Below are positions 13,466-24,494 of a DNA stretch of 64,000 bases, one piece after another. The notes under the pieces were generated by a model. It saw only the letters and a program-made list of their open reading frames with translations, was not told the origin of the DNA and did no database searches. This DNA is from Octopus sinensis (taxonomy: Eukaryota). The number at the start of each line of letters is the position of its first letter. The stretch's first letter is position 1. Both the position numbers and the translations under genes were made by a program. The DNA lies in the NCBI RefSeq assembly GCF_006345805.1, contig NC_043016.1, forward strand, positions 10,788,001 through 10,852,000, given 5' to 3'.

Positions 13466-13712
13466 CTTCAATGTTGACTTTGCATTTTTGCTATCAACTT
13501 TATCAAAGTATTCAAATATCTGCCTATATAGTGTGTTCTTGCGAATCTTGTCGTCATCAGGAGGCAAATAGTTCCGAACTGGTGGACCGATGTCTTCATA
13601 TAATAACTGTATGATACGCAAGGCTACTCGGCGTACGTCTTCGGAACTATGATGGAGACAAGCAACGGTGCAGAAGTTCATAATATCTACAACAGCCATT
13701 CCTGGTGCATTA
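13466..13712 (-). CDS. CEP104: CEP104-like exon (end of TOG domain)
   Basis: tttttcag|T then NAPGMAVVDIMNFCTVACLHHSSEDVRRVALRIIQLLYEDIGPPVRNYLPPDDDKIRKNTLYRQIFEYFDKVDSKNAKSTLK|gtgagt. The YLPPDD..RKN.LY..IF..F.K.D motif is characteristic of CEP104. 247 nt, phase 2-0. Confidence 0.92.
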
Positions 13713-13879
13713 CTGAAAAATTTCAACATCAAAACGGAGATAAAATATCCTGTGTGTAAAAATTATTAAAAATTGTATTTATCAATTATGGAAATGTATT
13801 AAAAATTAAAAAAATTTTTTTTTAATTTAAAAAAAAAAATAATAATGATAATAATATAATAATAATAATAATAATTATT

Positions 13880-13970
<91 letters not shown>

Positions 13971-14633
13971 TAAGCATTGTCGCTGTGAGAACTATTACTA
14001 CCTATGTAGTAATAGTTTTTTAACTTAAAAAAAAAAAAATGAACGAACTATTGAGTTTAGTTTAATGGCCTACCAATATATACTATGAGTTTCTTTGCCC
14101 TAGGAGTCGAGAAGACACTCGGCAAGAAATGGAAGCAAATTTGAAAGAAGATAATAATAATGATAATAATAATAATAAAAATAATAATAAATGATGACAT
14201 GGAATCACATACAGCATATTTTACAGCAAGACAACTGCAGAAGTTCTTAACAAAGAGCAATCTGCAGAAGACCCATATTATATAGCCTGGTGGCTCCTAA
14301 GGAATACAGAACACTTAGGAGTGTTGTACAAGCCATGTACAAAGGTGAGATGATTAACTGAGTGCTAGGTGGAAAATTATATCTTTTAATTTTTATCTTT
14401 TACTTGTTTCAGTCATTAGACTGTGGCTATGCTGGGGCACCACCTTGAAGAGTTTCTTTTAGTCAAACAAATAGATCCCAGTACTTATTTTTTTTGTTTT
14501 TGTATAAACCTGGTGCTTATTGTATTAGAATCTTTTGCTGAACCGCTAGGTTACAGGGACGTTAATGCATCAACACCTGTTGTCAAGTGGGGTAGGGGGA
14601 AGACAAACACAGACACACACACACTCGTGTATA

Positions 14634-15509
14634 TCTACTACTTATGTGGAAATCTGTGGGTGTGTTTGTTTGTGGCATCGTTATCTAACTCTTCCTACAT
14701 CATTTTATCAATTTTGATGAAACTTGACACATGAGTAGAACCCATGTCTGGAAAAACTAGTGACATACTTAGATTGTTGAAAAAAATCAATAGAAGGGGC
14801 CCCTGCAAGGGATTTTTATATCTACTACATATAACTAATATATTATTTTTAAATATCAAAGGGAAATAACTCATTAATGTTCGTAAATTATTTTATATAA
14901 ATCAAATTCAGTATGCTTATTTCTTATTTGAACTATTTGTGTTATTTTCACAATTTATCAAGTACAACACTTAAAGTAGTAAATAGTATTTTCCTAAACA
15001 ATAGATCCACTTATTTCAGTTAGTTACTTATTCACAAATATACCAACACTAGTGCCACTGAGGGTAATATTCTCTGCAAATACACAAAAACTTTTTTCAA
15101 AGTTATTAACTTTGAATTGTTATTATCTCATATCTGATTAGCTTGTTATTATGTAACATACTTCACGATTTTAGTATACATACATTATTAGTATTTCCTC
15201 CTACATTCTATATACTCTGGGAATGTACTAAAGCCCTTTTTGGGGCTATTTTATTTGAATTCTTACTATTGGGTAATTAATTTCATGTTATTACATAAGT
15301 GACTTCACAATTTGGGTGTTCATAACTTATTGGGAATTTCTAAAAACAAGATCCTTTGTAAGACAGTTTGGTATTCTCAATAAATGAACAACAACCGTTT
15401 TAAGGGCAACATACTTTGTATTGTTATTACTAGATTAGTAAAACAATTGTGAGAACAGAACCAAGGGATAAGCCCTGATTTCCCGAGAAATACCAGGTAC
15501 ATCAGCTAG
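14634..15509 (+). mobile_element. Non-autonomous Helitron inserted in a family B SINE
   Basis: 5' TC start after A; 3' cccgagaaataccagg hairpin remnant plus CTAG|T. An inverted copy of the same family lies at ~40360-41060. Confidence 0.7.
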
Positions 15510-16313
15510 TAAATATATATGTTTACTAGCTGATGTACAGACTTCTTTCAGTTTCTGTTGACTAAATCTACTCACAAGGCTTTGGTTGGGCCAAGGTCAT
15601 ACTAGAAGGCATTTGCCCAAGGTTTCACACAGTGGGACTGAACCCAGAACCATATGGCTGAGAAGCAAACTTCTTATCTCACAACCATACCTGAATGAAT
15701 CAAATCTACGCACATATACATTAATGACCAAAACTTATATTTTATCCCCTCATTGTGCCACTACCACCACCACCACCACCCATCCTCAGGCCTTACACTA
15801 ATCACTATACTCTGAATCCCTTCCTCTCCAAAACATCACCATTGTGCTCTCTTTTTTTGTAAAGTTCAAGAGGAAAACATCAGACTCACTGGTGTAGGAA
15901 GATTTGCAAAGATCAGAGGCATTGCCTTTTCCTCAAGACTCAGCAAGAATAAAAAGAATAATGGTGATTTGAAATAAGGTGATATACTTTACTGGCCATT
16001 GAGGATGTGGCATAAAAGCTGCCCAATGTGGACCTTCTCCAAAACTTGGAACTCCTGGAAATGGACCACCATTTACATCAATGCTTTCATCAGCTACCAT
16101 CATTTACAACCTAACTTTAAAGCTTGATCAAGAGATCTCTGTCTATCTACCTTGTCAGCCAACCTACCTACATACTTCCCTCTCTCTCTCTCTATATATA
16201 TATATATATTACTCTACTCTTTACTCTTTTACTTGTTTCAGTATATACATATATACATGCACTAGCACTATGACCCGGCAACAATGGGTCTTTAATGCTA
16301 GTATATATATATA

Positions 16314-16698
16314 CTAGCAGTATCGCCCGGCGTTGCTCGGGTTTGTTTCGACCTTTTAGAATTGGAATTTTTGAAAAAGTAAAAATTTTACATTATGTAG
16401 CTTGTTATTGTCTTTAAGTGAATATTTTTCTGGTTGAAATACACCGAAAAATGGCGACACAGCAGTAAAAAAATAGGGATTTTCATAGAAAAAAAAGCAC
16501 CTTTTTGATGTAAATAATTTTTGGTGTTAACATGGTCCGATTTGGATTTTTTCATCTATGGAAGGAAGAGCAAGCCTTCTTCTATCATACTCTCAATTTT
16601 TGGTTAACTTGCGCCGCAGGGTCTTGGAGGAGATAGTGTTAGTTGAAGGCTGCCAAACCTGCCATACACAGACAACTTCAGCTTTATATATATATAGA
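16314..16698 (-). mobile_element. Non-autonomous Helitron
   Basis: Minus strand TCTATATATATAAAG start; 3' CCCGAGCAACGCCGGG hairpin about 10 nt before CTAG|T. Confidence 0.78.
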
Positions 16699-17861
16699 TA
16701 TAGATATATATATATAATCAGAAAATGGAGAAAACCTTAGATCAACAAGCACATCAATTGAACTATATTTATTGCTTAATATTTAATACAGAACATGGCA
16801 TAACATTTGTGTCACATAATTGTTATGCCATGTTCAATTTATGTCACATAAACGCTATGCCATGTTCTGTATTAAATAATAAGCCATAAATGTGGTCCAA
16901 TTGATGTTCTTGTTGATCTGAGGTTTTCTCCTTTTTCTGATTATTTGTATTTGTTTCCTGATAAACTTTTGTTTATTCTGTTATTACCTGTACTCTACGA
17001 GCATAGCGTACCTGCATACCCATGCCCTGAAATAACATGGATAACAGATACAGATATTATAATTGCTAACTCTGCTTACATTTATATATATATAGGAGTG
17101 GCTGTGTGGTAAGTAGCTTGCTTACCAACCACATGGTTCCAGGTTCAGTTCCACTGTGGGGCACTTTGGGCAAGTGTCTTCTACTATATCCTCGGGCCAA
17201 CTAAAGCCTTGTGAGTGGATTTGGTAGACGGAAACTGAAAGAAGCCCATCATATATATGTGTGTGTGTCTGTTTGTCTGTGTTTGTCCCCACCCCACCTA
17301 CATCACTTGACAACCAATGCTGGTGTGTTTACGTCCCCGTAACTTAGCGGTTTGGCAAAAGAGACCGATGGAATAAGTATTAAGCTTACAAAGAATAAAT
17401 CCTGGGATCGATTTGGGTGACTAAAAGCGGTGCTCCTGTATGGCCACATTCAAATGACTGGAACAAGTAAAAGAATAAAAGAATTATAGGTCACTCTGCC
17501 ACAGATTCAGAATATCCAATCCACTTTTTCTGCTACTGGAACAATTAGGATAAACTGTAAATAATGGATAATTATTTGGAAGATTGGGAGATTGGAAGAA
17601 TGGAGTAGCTGAACTCTTATAAAGAGTAGCATATTGGGTGAGACAAGAGGTCGGCAGGAATCACTGAGAGGGCGTTTTGGAGTCTTGTGAAGTACATTGA
17701 TTTTTACTTTCGTTTTGTTAATTATATATTCAACATTTGCCAAGGATATAAAAGTTCCTCACCAAAGTCTGCTCCAGCTCAGCAAATTTGACTGAAAAGT
17801 GACATTTAACAATTCCAGCAACAAATAACAACCAGTAACCGAAATAAATTGTACTAATACC

Positions 17862-18445
17862 TATTTCTTTACTACCCACAAGAGGCTAAACACAGAGGGG
17901 ACAAACAAGGACAGATATGGGTATTAAGTCGATTACATCGACCCCAGTGCGTAACTGGTACTTATTTAATCGACCCCGAAAGGATGAAAGGCAAAGTCGA
18001 CCTCGGCGGAATTTGAACTCAGAACGTAACGGCAGACGAAATACCTATTTCTTTACTACCCACAAAGGGCTAAACACAGAAGGCACGAACAAGGACAGAC
18101 AAATGAATTAAGTCAATTACATTGACCCCAGTGCGTAACTGGTACTTATTTAATTGACCCCGAAAGGATGAAAGGCAAAGTCGACCTTGGCGGAATTTGA
18201 ACTCAGAACGTAATGGCAGAAGAAATACCTATTTCTTTACTACCCACAAAGGGCTAAACACAGAGGGGAAATGAATTAAGTCAATTACATTGACCCCAGT
18301 GCATAACTGGTACTTATTTAATCGACCCCGAAAGGATGAAAGGCAAAGTTGACCTCGGCAGAATTTGAACTCAGAACGTAATGGCAGACGAAATACCGCT
18401 AAGCATTCTCGCTCGGTGTGCTAACGTTTCTGCCAGCTCACCACC
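17862..18445 (-). mobile_element. tRNA-derived SINE family A with a triplicated body
   Basis: One head plus three ~180-bp body units; 13-bp TSD ttgtactaatacc at 17849 and 18446. Confidence 0.9.
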
Positions 18446-18533
18446 TTGTACTAATACCAGCATCATGCAGTGAGCATGGATTATAACATGTGTCACAACG
18501 ACCCTTTTTTGCCCCTTTTTTTACAGCAACTAC

Positions 18534-18658
18534 CTGTTTATGGATAATCCTATTTCCTTGTACAGCATCTCTACTAATTCAGCTCGGCTTCGGGCAAATC
18601 TGGAGAACACCGACATCTTGAATGGTTTCACACATTCATTTGGCACTATATTAGAAGC
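18534..18658 (-). CDS. CEP104: CEP104-like exon (TOG)
   Basis: tttcag|ASNIVPNECVKPFKMSVFSRFARSRAELVEMLYKEIGLSIN(AG|gtagtt); 125 nt, phase 0-2. Confidence 0.85.
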
Positions 18659-18737
18659 CTGAAATTTAAAGCAGATATTTTCTTTCCTTATTAGAGATAC
18701 AATTACATAATAATAATCATATATGTATGTATGTATA

Positions 18738-21700
18738 TCATCATCATCATCATCGTCGTTTAACGTCCGTTCTCCATGCTAGCATGGGTTGGACGGTTCG
18801 ACCGGGGTTCTGGGAAGCCAGAAGGCTGCACCAGGCTCCAGTCTAATCTGGCAATGTTTCTACAGCTGGATGCCCTTCCTAACGCCAACCACTCCGTGAG
18901 TGTAGTGGGTGCTTTTTACGTGCCGCCTGCACAGGTGCCAGGCGGGGCTGGCAACGGCCACGGTCAGATTGGTGTATTTTATGTGCCACCGGCACGGAAG
19001 CCAGTCGAGGCGGTGCTGGCATCGGCCACGAGTCGGATAGTGCTTTTTACGTACCACCAGACCAGGGATCCTGGCTGGTTCAATTCGATTTCGATTTCGC
19101 TTGCCCCAACATGTCTTCACAAGCAAAGGGGGTGGTTGCATGGGTGCCTGTCGTACGGTCGCATTGGAGTATTTTACGTGCCACGGCCACGAGTCGGATA
19201 GTGCTTTTTACGTACCACCAGACCAGGGATCCTGGCTGGTTCAATTCGATTTCGATTTCGCTTGCCCCAACATGTCTTCACAAGCAAAGGGGGTTGGCAT
19301 GGGTGCCTGTCGTACGGTCGCATTGGAGTATTTTACGTGCCACGGCACGAGTCGGATAGTGCTTTTTACGTACCACCAGGCCAGGGATCCTGGCTGGTTC
19401 AATTCGGTTTCGATTTCGATTCGCTTGCCCAAACATGTCTTCGCAAGCATGGGGGGTTGGCATGGGTGTCTGTTGTCGGATGAGGTTCTATATCGACTTC
19501 GCTTGCCTCAACCGGTCTTTGTGTCCAAGGGAGGAAAGGCATTCATAAGTGGGCTGGGCTCACTTGTCCTGCCTGGTCTTCTCACGTACAGAATATTTCC
19601 AAAGGTCTCGGTCTCGGGTCATTTCCTCAGTGAGGCCTAAAGTTCGAAGGTCGTGCTTCACCACCTCGTCCCAGGTTTTCCTGGGTCTACCTCTTCCACG
19701 GGTTCCCTCAACTGCTAGGGATTGGCACTTTCTCACACACCTATCTTCATCCATTCTCGCCACATGACCATACCAGCGCAATCGTCTCTCTTGCACACCA
19801 CAACTGATGCTTCTTAGGTACAACATTTCTCTCAAGGTGCTAACGCTCTGTCGAGTATGTACACTGACATTACACATCCATCGGAGCATACTGGCTTCAT
19901 TCCTCACGAGCTTACGCATGTCCTCAGCAGTCAGGCCCATGTTTCGCTGCCATGTAGCATGGCAGTTCGTACACACGCATCATACAGTCTGCCTTTTACT
20001 CTGAGCGAGAGGCCTTTAGTCACCAGCAGAGGTAAGAGCTCCCTAAACTTTGCCCAGGCTATTCTTATTCTAGCAGTTACACTTTCAGCGCACCCACCCC
20101 CACTACTGACTTGGTCACCTAGATAACGGAAGCTATCAACTACTTCTAGTTTTCCCCTGGAAAGTGACGGAAGTTGTTTTCTCAGATTTTCGGAGGTTAA
20201 TGCTCCCGAGCATCTGCCACATACAAAAGCTATCTTCCCAGTTAGCCTACCTTTGACATTGCTGCACCTCTTATGTGTCATAGCTTACACTGGTACATCT
20301 TATAGAGTTTCTACCTACACCTTTTCTACAGATCGAGCAGGGCCATCTTCCTGAAGATATTTGTGGATTGTCTACCTTTCTACTTATTAGTACTTTGGTT
20401 TTAGCTAGGTTGACTCTAAGGCCCCTTGATTCTAAACCCTCCTTCCACACCTGGAACTTCTCCTCCAGTTCTGATAGTGACTCAGCAATAAGAGCAAGGT
20501 CGTCAGCGTAGAGGAGCTCCCAGGGACAGCCTGTCTTGAATTCCTCCGTAATTGCCTGGAGTAGTATATGATAAATAGGAGGGGGCTGAGTACTGAACCC
20601 TGGTGGACCCCAACCTCTACTTTGAATTCTTCTGTGTACATGTTGCCAACCCTAACCTTACTTACGGCATCTCTGTACATGGCTTGCACAGTCCTCACCA
20701 GCCATTCATCTATCCCTAGTTCCTCATTGACCACAAGATAAGGGATCGGGGGACCCTATCAAAAGCTTTCTCCATGTCAACGAAAGCCAGGTACAGGGGC
20801 TTATCTTTGGCTAGGTATTTCTCCTGCAGCTGCCTTACCAGGAATATAGCATCAGTGGTACTTTTCCCTGGCACGAACCCAAACTGCATCTCATCTAAAC
20901 TAACTCTCTCTCTAATTAGTTGGGCTATGACCCTCTCCGTAACCTTCATTACTTGATCCAACAGCTTGATACCTCTGTAATTGTTGTATCTAGGCATCAC
21001 CTTTACCTTTGTAGCAGTTGACTAGTATGCTGCTGCACCAGTCATGGGTATGACTCCTTCGTGTATCACCTGGTTGACTATACGGGTGACTAGGTTATAG
21101 CCGACACTGCCAGATATTTTGAGCATCTCTGCAGTAATTCCTGATGGGCCTGGGGCTTTCCCTGTCTTCATGCTTCTAATTGCCTTAGCTACCACGGAAC
21201 TATCAACTCGGATAGCTGGTCCCTCTGTAGGGTCAACATTCGGCAGACTCTCTTATCCCATTCATTTTCCTCATTCAGTAACCTTTCATAGTGGCGTCTC
21301 CAAGCTTCTCTCTTTGCATCCTCATTTAGCGCAAGTGAACCATCCTCCATGCGAACACATTTCTCTCCTACCACATCACGATTCTCTCTCACACACTGTC
21401 TTGCAACACGAAATACCTCAAGTCTTTCATCCTCACGGCGCAGGACATTGGCAAATTTTCTCTTATCTGCTTCCCCTCTGGCTAGATAGACCCGTCTCCT
21501 AGCTTCCCTTCTGGCAGTCTGATACCCTTCCCTGCTACCACCGTTCTTCCAGGCCTTCCAAGCCTGTTTCTTTTGTCTAATAGCCCTGTCAACAATATTG
21601 TTCCACCACCACGTTATTTTGGGTCTTAAGGGGACTTTGCACCAGCCACAGATCTGGTCACGGCTTTCAGCAGGTTGTCCTCAGAAACGTCCTCCAGTTG

Positions 21701-22237
21701 TCTTCTACCCATGTGTAGCTATACCCCCTTCCACTTCGTCAAAGGCTTCAAGTAACATATCTCTAATCTCTGTCCATTCGCAGGGGCTTTAAGCTTCCAG
21801 ACCCTTCTTCTCCATGTGGTCGTCTTCTAGTCGCCCTCTTAGTCCTGATCCTAAAGTCACTAACTACCAGTCTATGTTGTGGGGGTGCATTCTTGCCTGG
21901 GAAGGTTTTGGCATTTATAAGCAGCCATCTTTCCCTTTTTCTGGCAAGGATGTAGTCGATTTGGCTAGTATGCCGGCGCCCGATCGGTAGGTGACCAGGT
22001 GGCTTGTTGGTTTCCTGAAGTTAGTGTTGCAGACCATAAGACTATTCGCATCGCAGAACTCCAGCAGCCTGGTTCCCTCCTCGTTGCGGGAACCATAACC
22101 GTAGCCTCCATGTACGCCATGGAAGCCCCCAGCATGTCGTCCAACATGCCCATTGAAATCACCAGCCACAAAGAGAAGGTCCCTGTCGTTCGTCGATGAA
22201 TCACCAGCCACAAAGAGAAGGTCCCTGTCGTTCGACG
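18738..22237 (-). mobile_element. RTE-clade LINE, 5'-truncated, young
   Basis: APE motifs GDFNGHVG, NEEGTRLLEFC, NTNFRK; RT motifs NYRGIKLLDQ, QFGFVPGKST, FVDMEKAFDRV, GVHQGSVLSPLLF, YADD; C-terminal RLRWYGHVARM..RGRGRPRKTW; (GAT)n tail at 18738-18757. Confidence 0.95.
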
Positions 22238-22561
22238 ATGTATGTGTGTATGTATATGTGGGTATGTATGTATGTATGTGTATGTATGTATATGCGTGTG
22301 TGTGCATGTGTATGTATGTATTCATTTATTTGCATGTGTATGTATGTATTTGTGTGAGTGTGTGTGTGTATGTATGTATCTGTGTGTGTGTGCATGTATG
22401 TATTTGTGTGAGTGTGTGTATGCATGTATTTATTTGTATGTGAGTGTGTGTATGTATGTATGTATTATGCATGCATGTATATGAAACAAACATTAAACTT
22501 TTAAAATATGCATTTTTAAAGAAAATATTGCAAATATGCAATTTTGCTTTTTCATACTTAC

Positions 22562-22627
22562 CTTAATTTCTGGATACTGTGCAATTTCTAAAATAAATCT
22601 TTTGGCCTCTTCCCTTGTCCTCAATGC
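22562..22627 (-). CDS. CEP104: CEP104-like exon (TOG)
   Basis: tttccag|ALRTREEAKRFILEIAQYPEIK|gtaagt; 66 nt, phase 0-0. Confidence 0.85.
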
Positions 22628-22681
22628 CTGGAAAGAAATATATATTCTCATATATGCACACACACATATATATATGAATAT

Positions 22682-22717
<36 letters not shown>

Positions 22718-23147
22718 GACAGACAGACAGATAGATAGACAGACATGCATATATACATGCATATGATATACAAGAAGGTGCTCAAAAATTCCTGGCTTTA
22801 AAGGTATCGCGAAAGGCCTGGTTGAAGGCCCAACCTTGAGTTCTTCTACAAGACTTAGAAAAACTTCTACAAGGCTTAGAAAAAGGTGTGAACTAGCTAG
22901 TTCACTCTTTGACCTATCAACTTCAAGATGGTATGATTTTAATATATTCAGCCTTCTGGCCTCATCTTGAGGCCCTGTTCTTTTCTCTTCCCTTCATTTA
23001 TTTTATTTTATTTTACATATATATATACTACGGAGATGTACTTCCATAGCAAGTGATTTGATCTGAGATTGTGTGCCGAAACAAAGACAATTGCAGCGTA
23101 GAAGGTGTTTATAAGCCATTTAAGAAACACACAAAAGCCGTTCAATT

Positions 23148-23198
23148 TTTGTCAGTGAACAGGTCGCGGTCTTAAAGCGATGAAAATATTTTGACAAA
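23148..23198 (+). ncRNA. Hammerhead-like motif with G3:C8 swapped core
   Basis: tttgtca-GTGAACA-g gtcgc(ggtcttaaa)gcgat-GAAAATATTT-tgacaaa. Stem I is a perfect 7 bp; stem III AATATT is palindromic. Confidence 0.55.
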
Positions 23199-23344
23199 TT
23201 AAACTTAAATGTTGAAGTGAATCGAACGGCTTTTGTGTGTTCATATATATATATATATATATACTTTATTTAAAGCAGCAGAAAATTCAACAAAACCTGT
23301 TACTCTGAGTTTCCCGTTGCCGTTCATCGGACAGTTTTTTCTAG

Positions 23345-23394
23345 CAAAAACTGTCCGATGAACGGCAACGGGAAACTCAGAGTAACAGGTTTTG
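23345..23394 (+). ncRNA. Minimal type I hammerhead motif (mirrored on the minus strand at ~23291-23340)
   Basis: caaaaactgt-CCGATGA-a cg GCAA cg g-GAAAC-tcaga-GTA-acaggttttg. Stem I 9/10 bp, U4C core variant, palindromic stem III. Confidence 0.7.
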
Positions 23395-23549
23395 TTGAAA
23401 TTTCTGCTGCTTTAAATAAAGCATATTACTCTACCACTGGTATTTGAGTACTTTTTTTCCACCTTGTTTCACATTTATGTGTTTACTCCGGTTATATATA
23501 TATATATATATATATAATATAATATATATAATATATATATTATATATAT

Positions 23550-24456
23550 CAAAATGAAATCAAAACAAATCAAATCAAATCAAATCAAAACAAATCAAAT
23601 TAGATGAACATTAATGGAATTGTATCTTGTGGTACCAGTGCCGGTGGCACACAAGAAAACCATCCGAACGTGGCCGTAGCCAGTACCGCACTGACTGGCC
23701 TCCGTGCTGTGGGCACGTAACAAACACCATCCGATCGTGGCCGTTCGCCAACCTCATCTGGCACCTGTGTCGGTTGGCACATAAAAACACCATCCGAAGA
23801 CCTGGCAAGACTAGTCAGGCCATAACCTGTGGCCCCTACTGGGACGTAGTCAGTCCACCTGGCATACCTTCCTTCTTGTGACACTTGTGAAGACCTGTTG
23901 AGGCAAGTGAAAATCAAATCAAATCAAATCAAAACAAATCAAAATGATGAACATCAAGGGGATTTGTATCTTTGTGGTACCAGTGCCAGTGGCACGTGGC
24001 ACACAAGAAAACCATCCGAACGTGGCTGTAGCCAGTACCGCATCGACTGGCCTCCGTGCTGTGGGCACGTAACAAAACCACTGATCGTGGCCGTTTGCCA
24101 GCCTCATCTGGCACCTGTGCGGCGGCACATAAAAAACACCATCCGAGCGTGGCCGTCTGCCAGCCTCGTCTGGCACTGTGTCGGTGGCACATAAAAAACA
24201 CCATCCGAGCATGGCCGTTTGCCAGCCTCGTCTGGCACCTGTGTCGGTGGCACATAAAATCACCCACTACACTCTCGGAGGGGTTGGGCGTTAGGAAGGG
24301 CATCCAGCTGTAGAAACACTGCCAGATCTGACGGGACTGGTGCAGCTTTCGGGCTCCCCAGACCCCAGTGGAAACGTCCAACCCATGCTAGCATGGAAAG
24401 CAGACGTTAAATGATGATGATGATGATGATGAATATATAATATATAATATATTAAT

Positions 24457-24494
<38 letters not shown>

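Noticed and set aside
15890-16110. Possible extra minus-strand exon (MMVADESIDVNGGPFPGVPSFGEGPHW..) ending at gtgagt 15889
   Set aside because: The flanking CEP104 exons already join in phase (AG|T) with continuous homology, and there is no CEP104 similarity. The plus strand may be a decayed Helitron helicase piece, but that is too weak to call.
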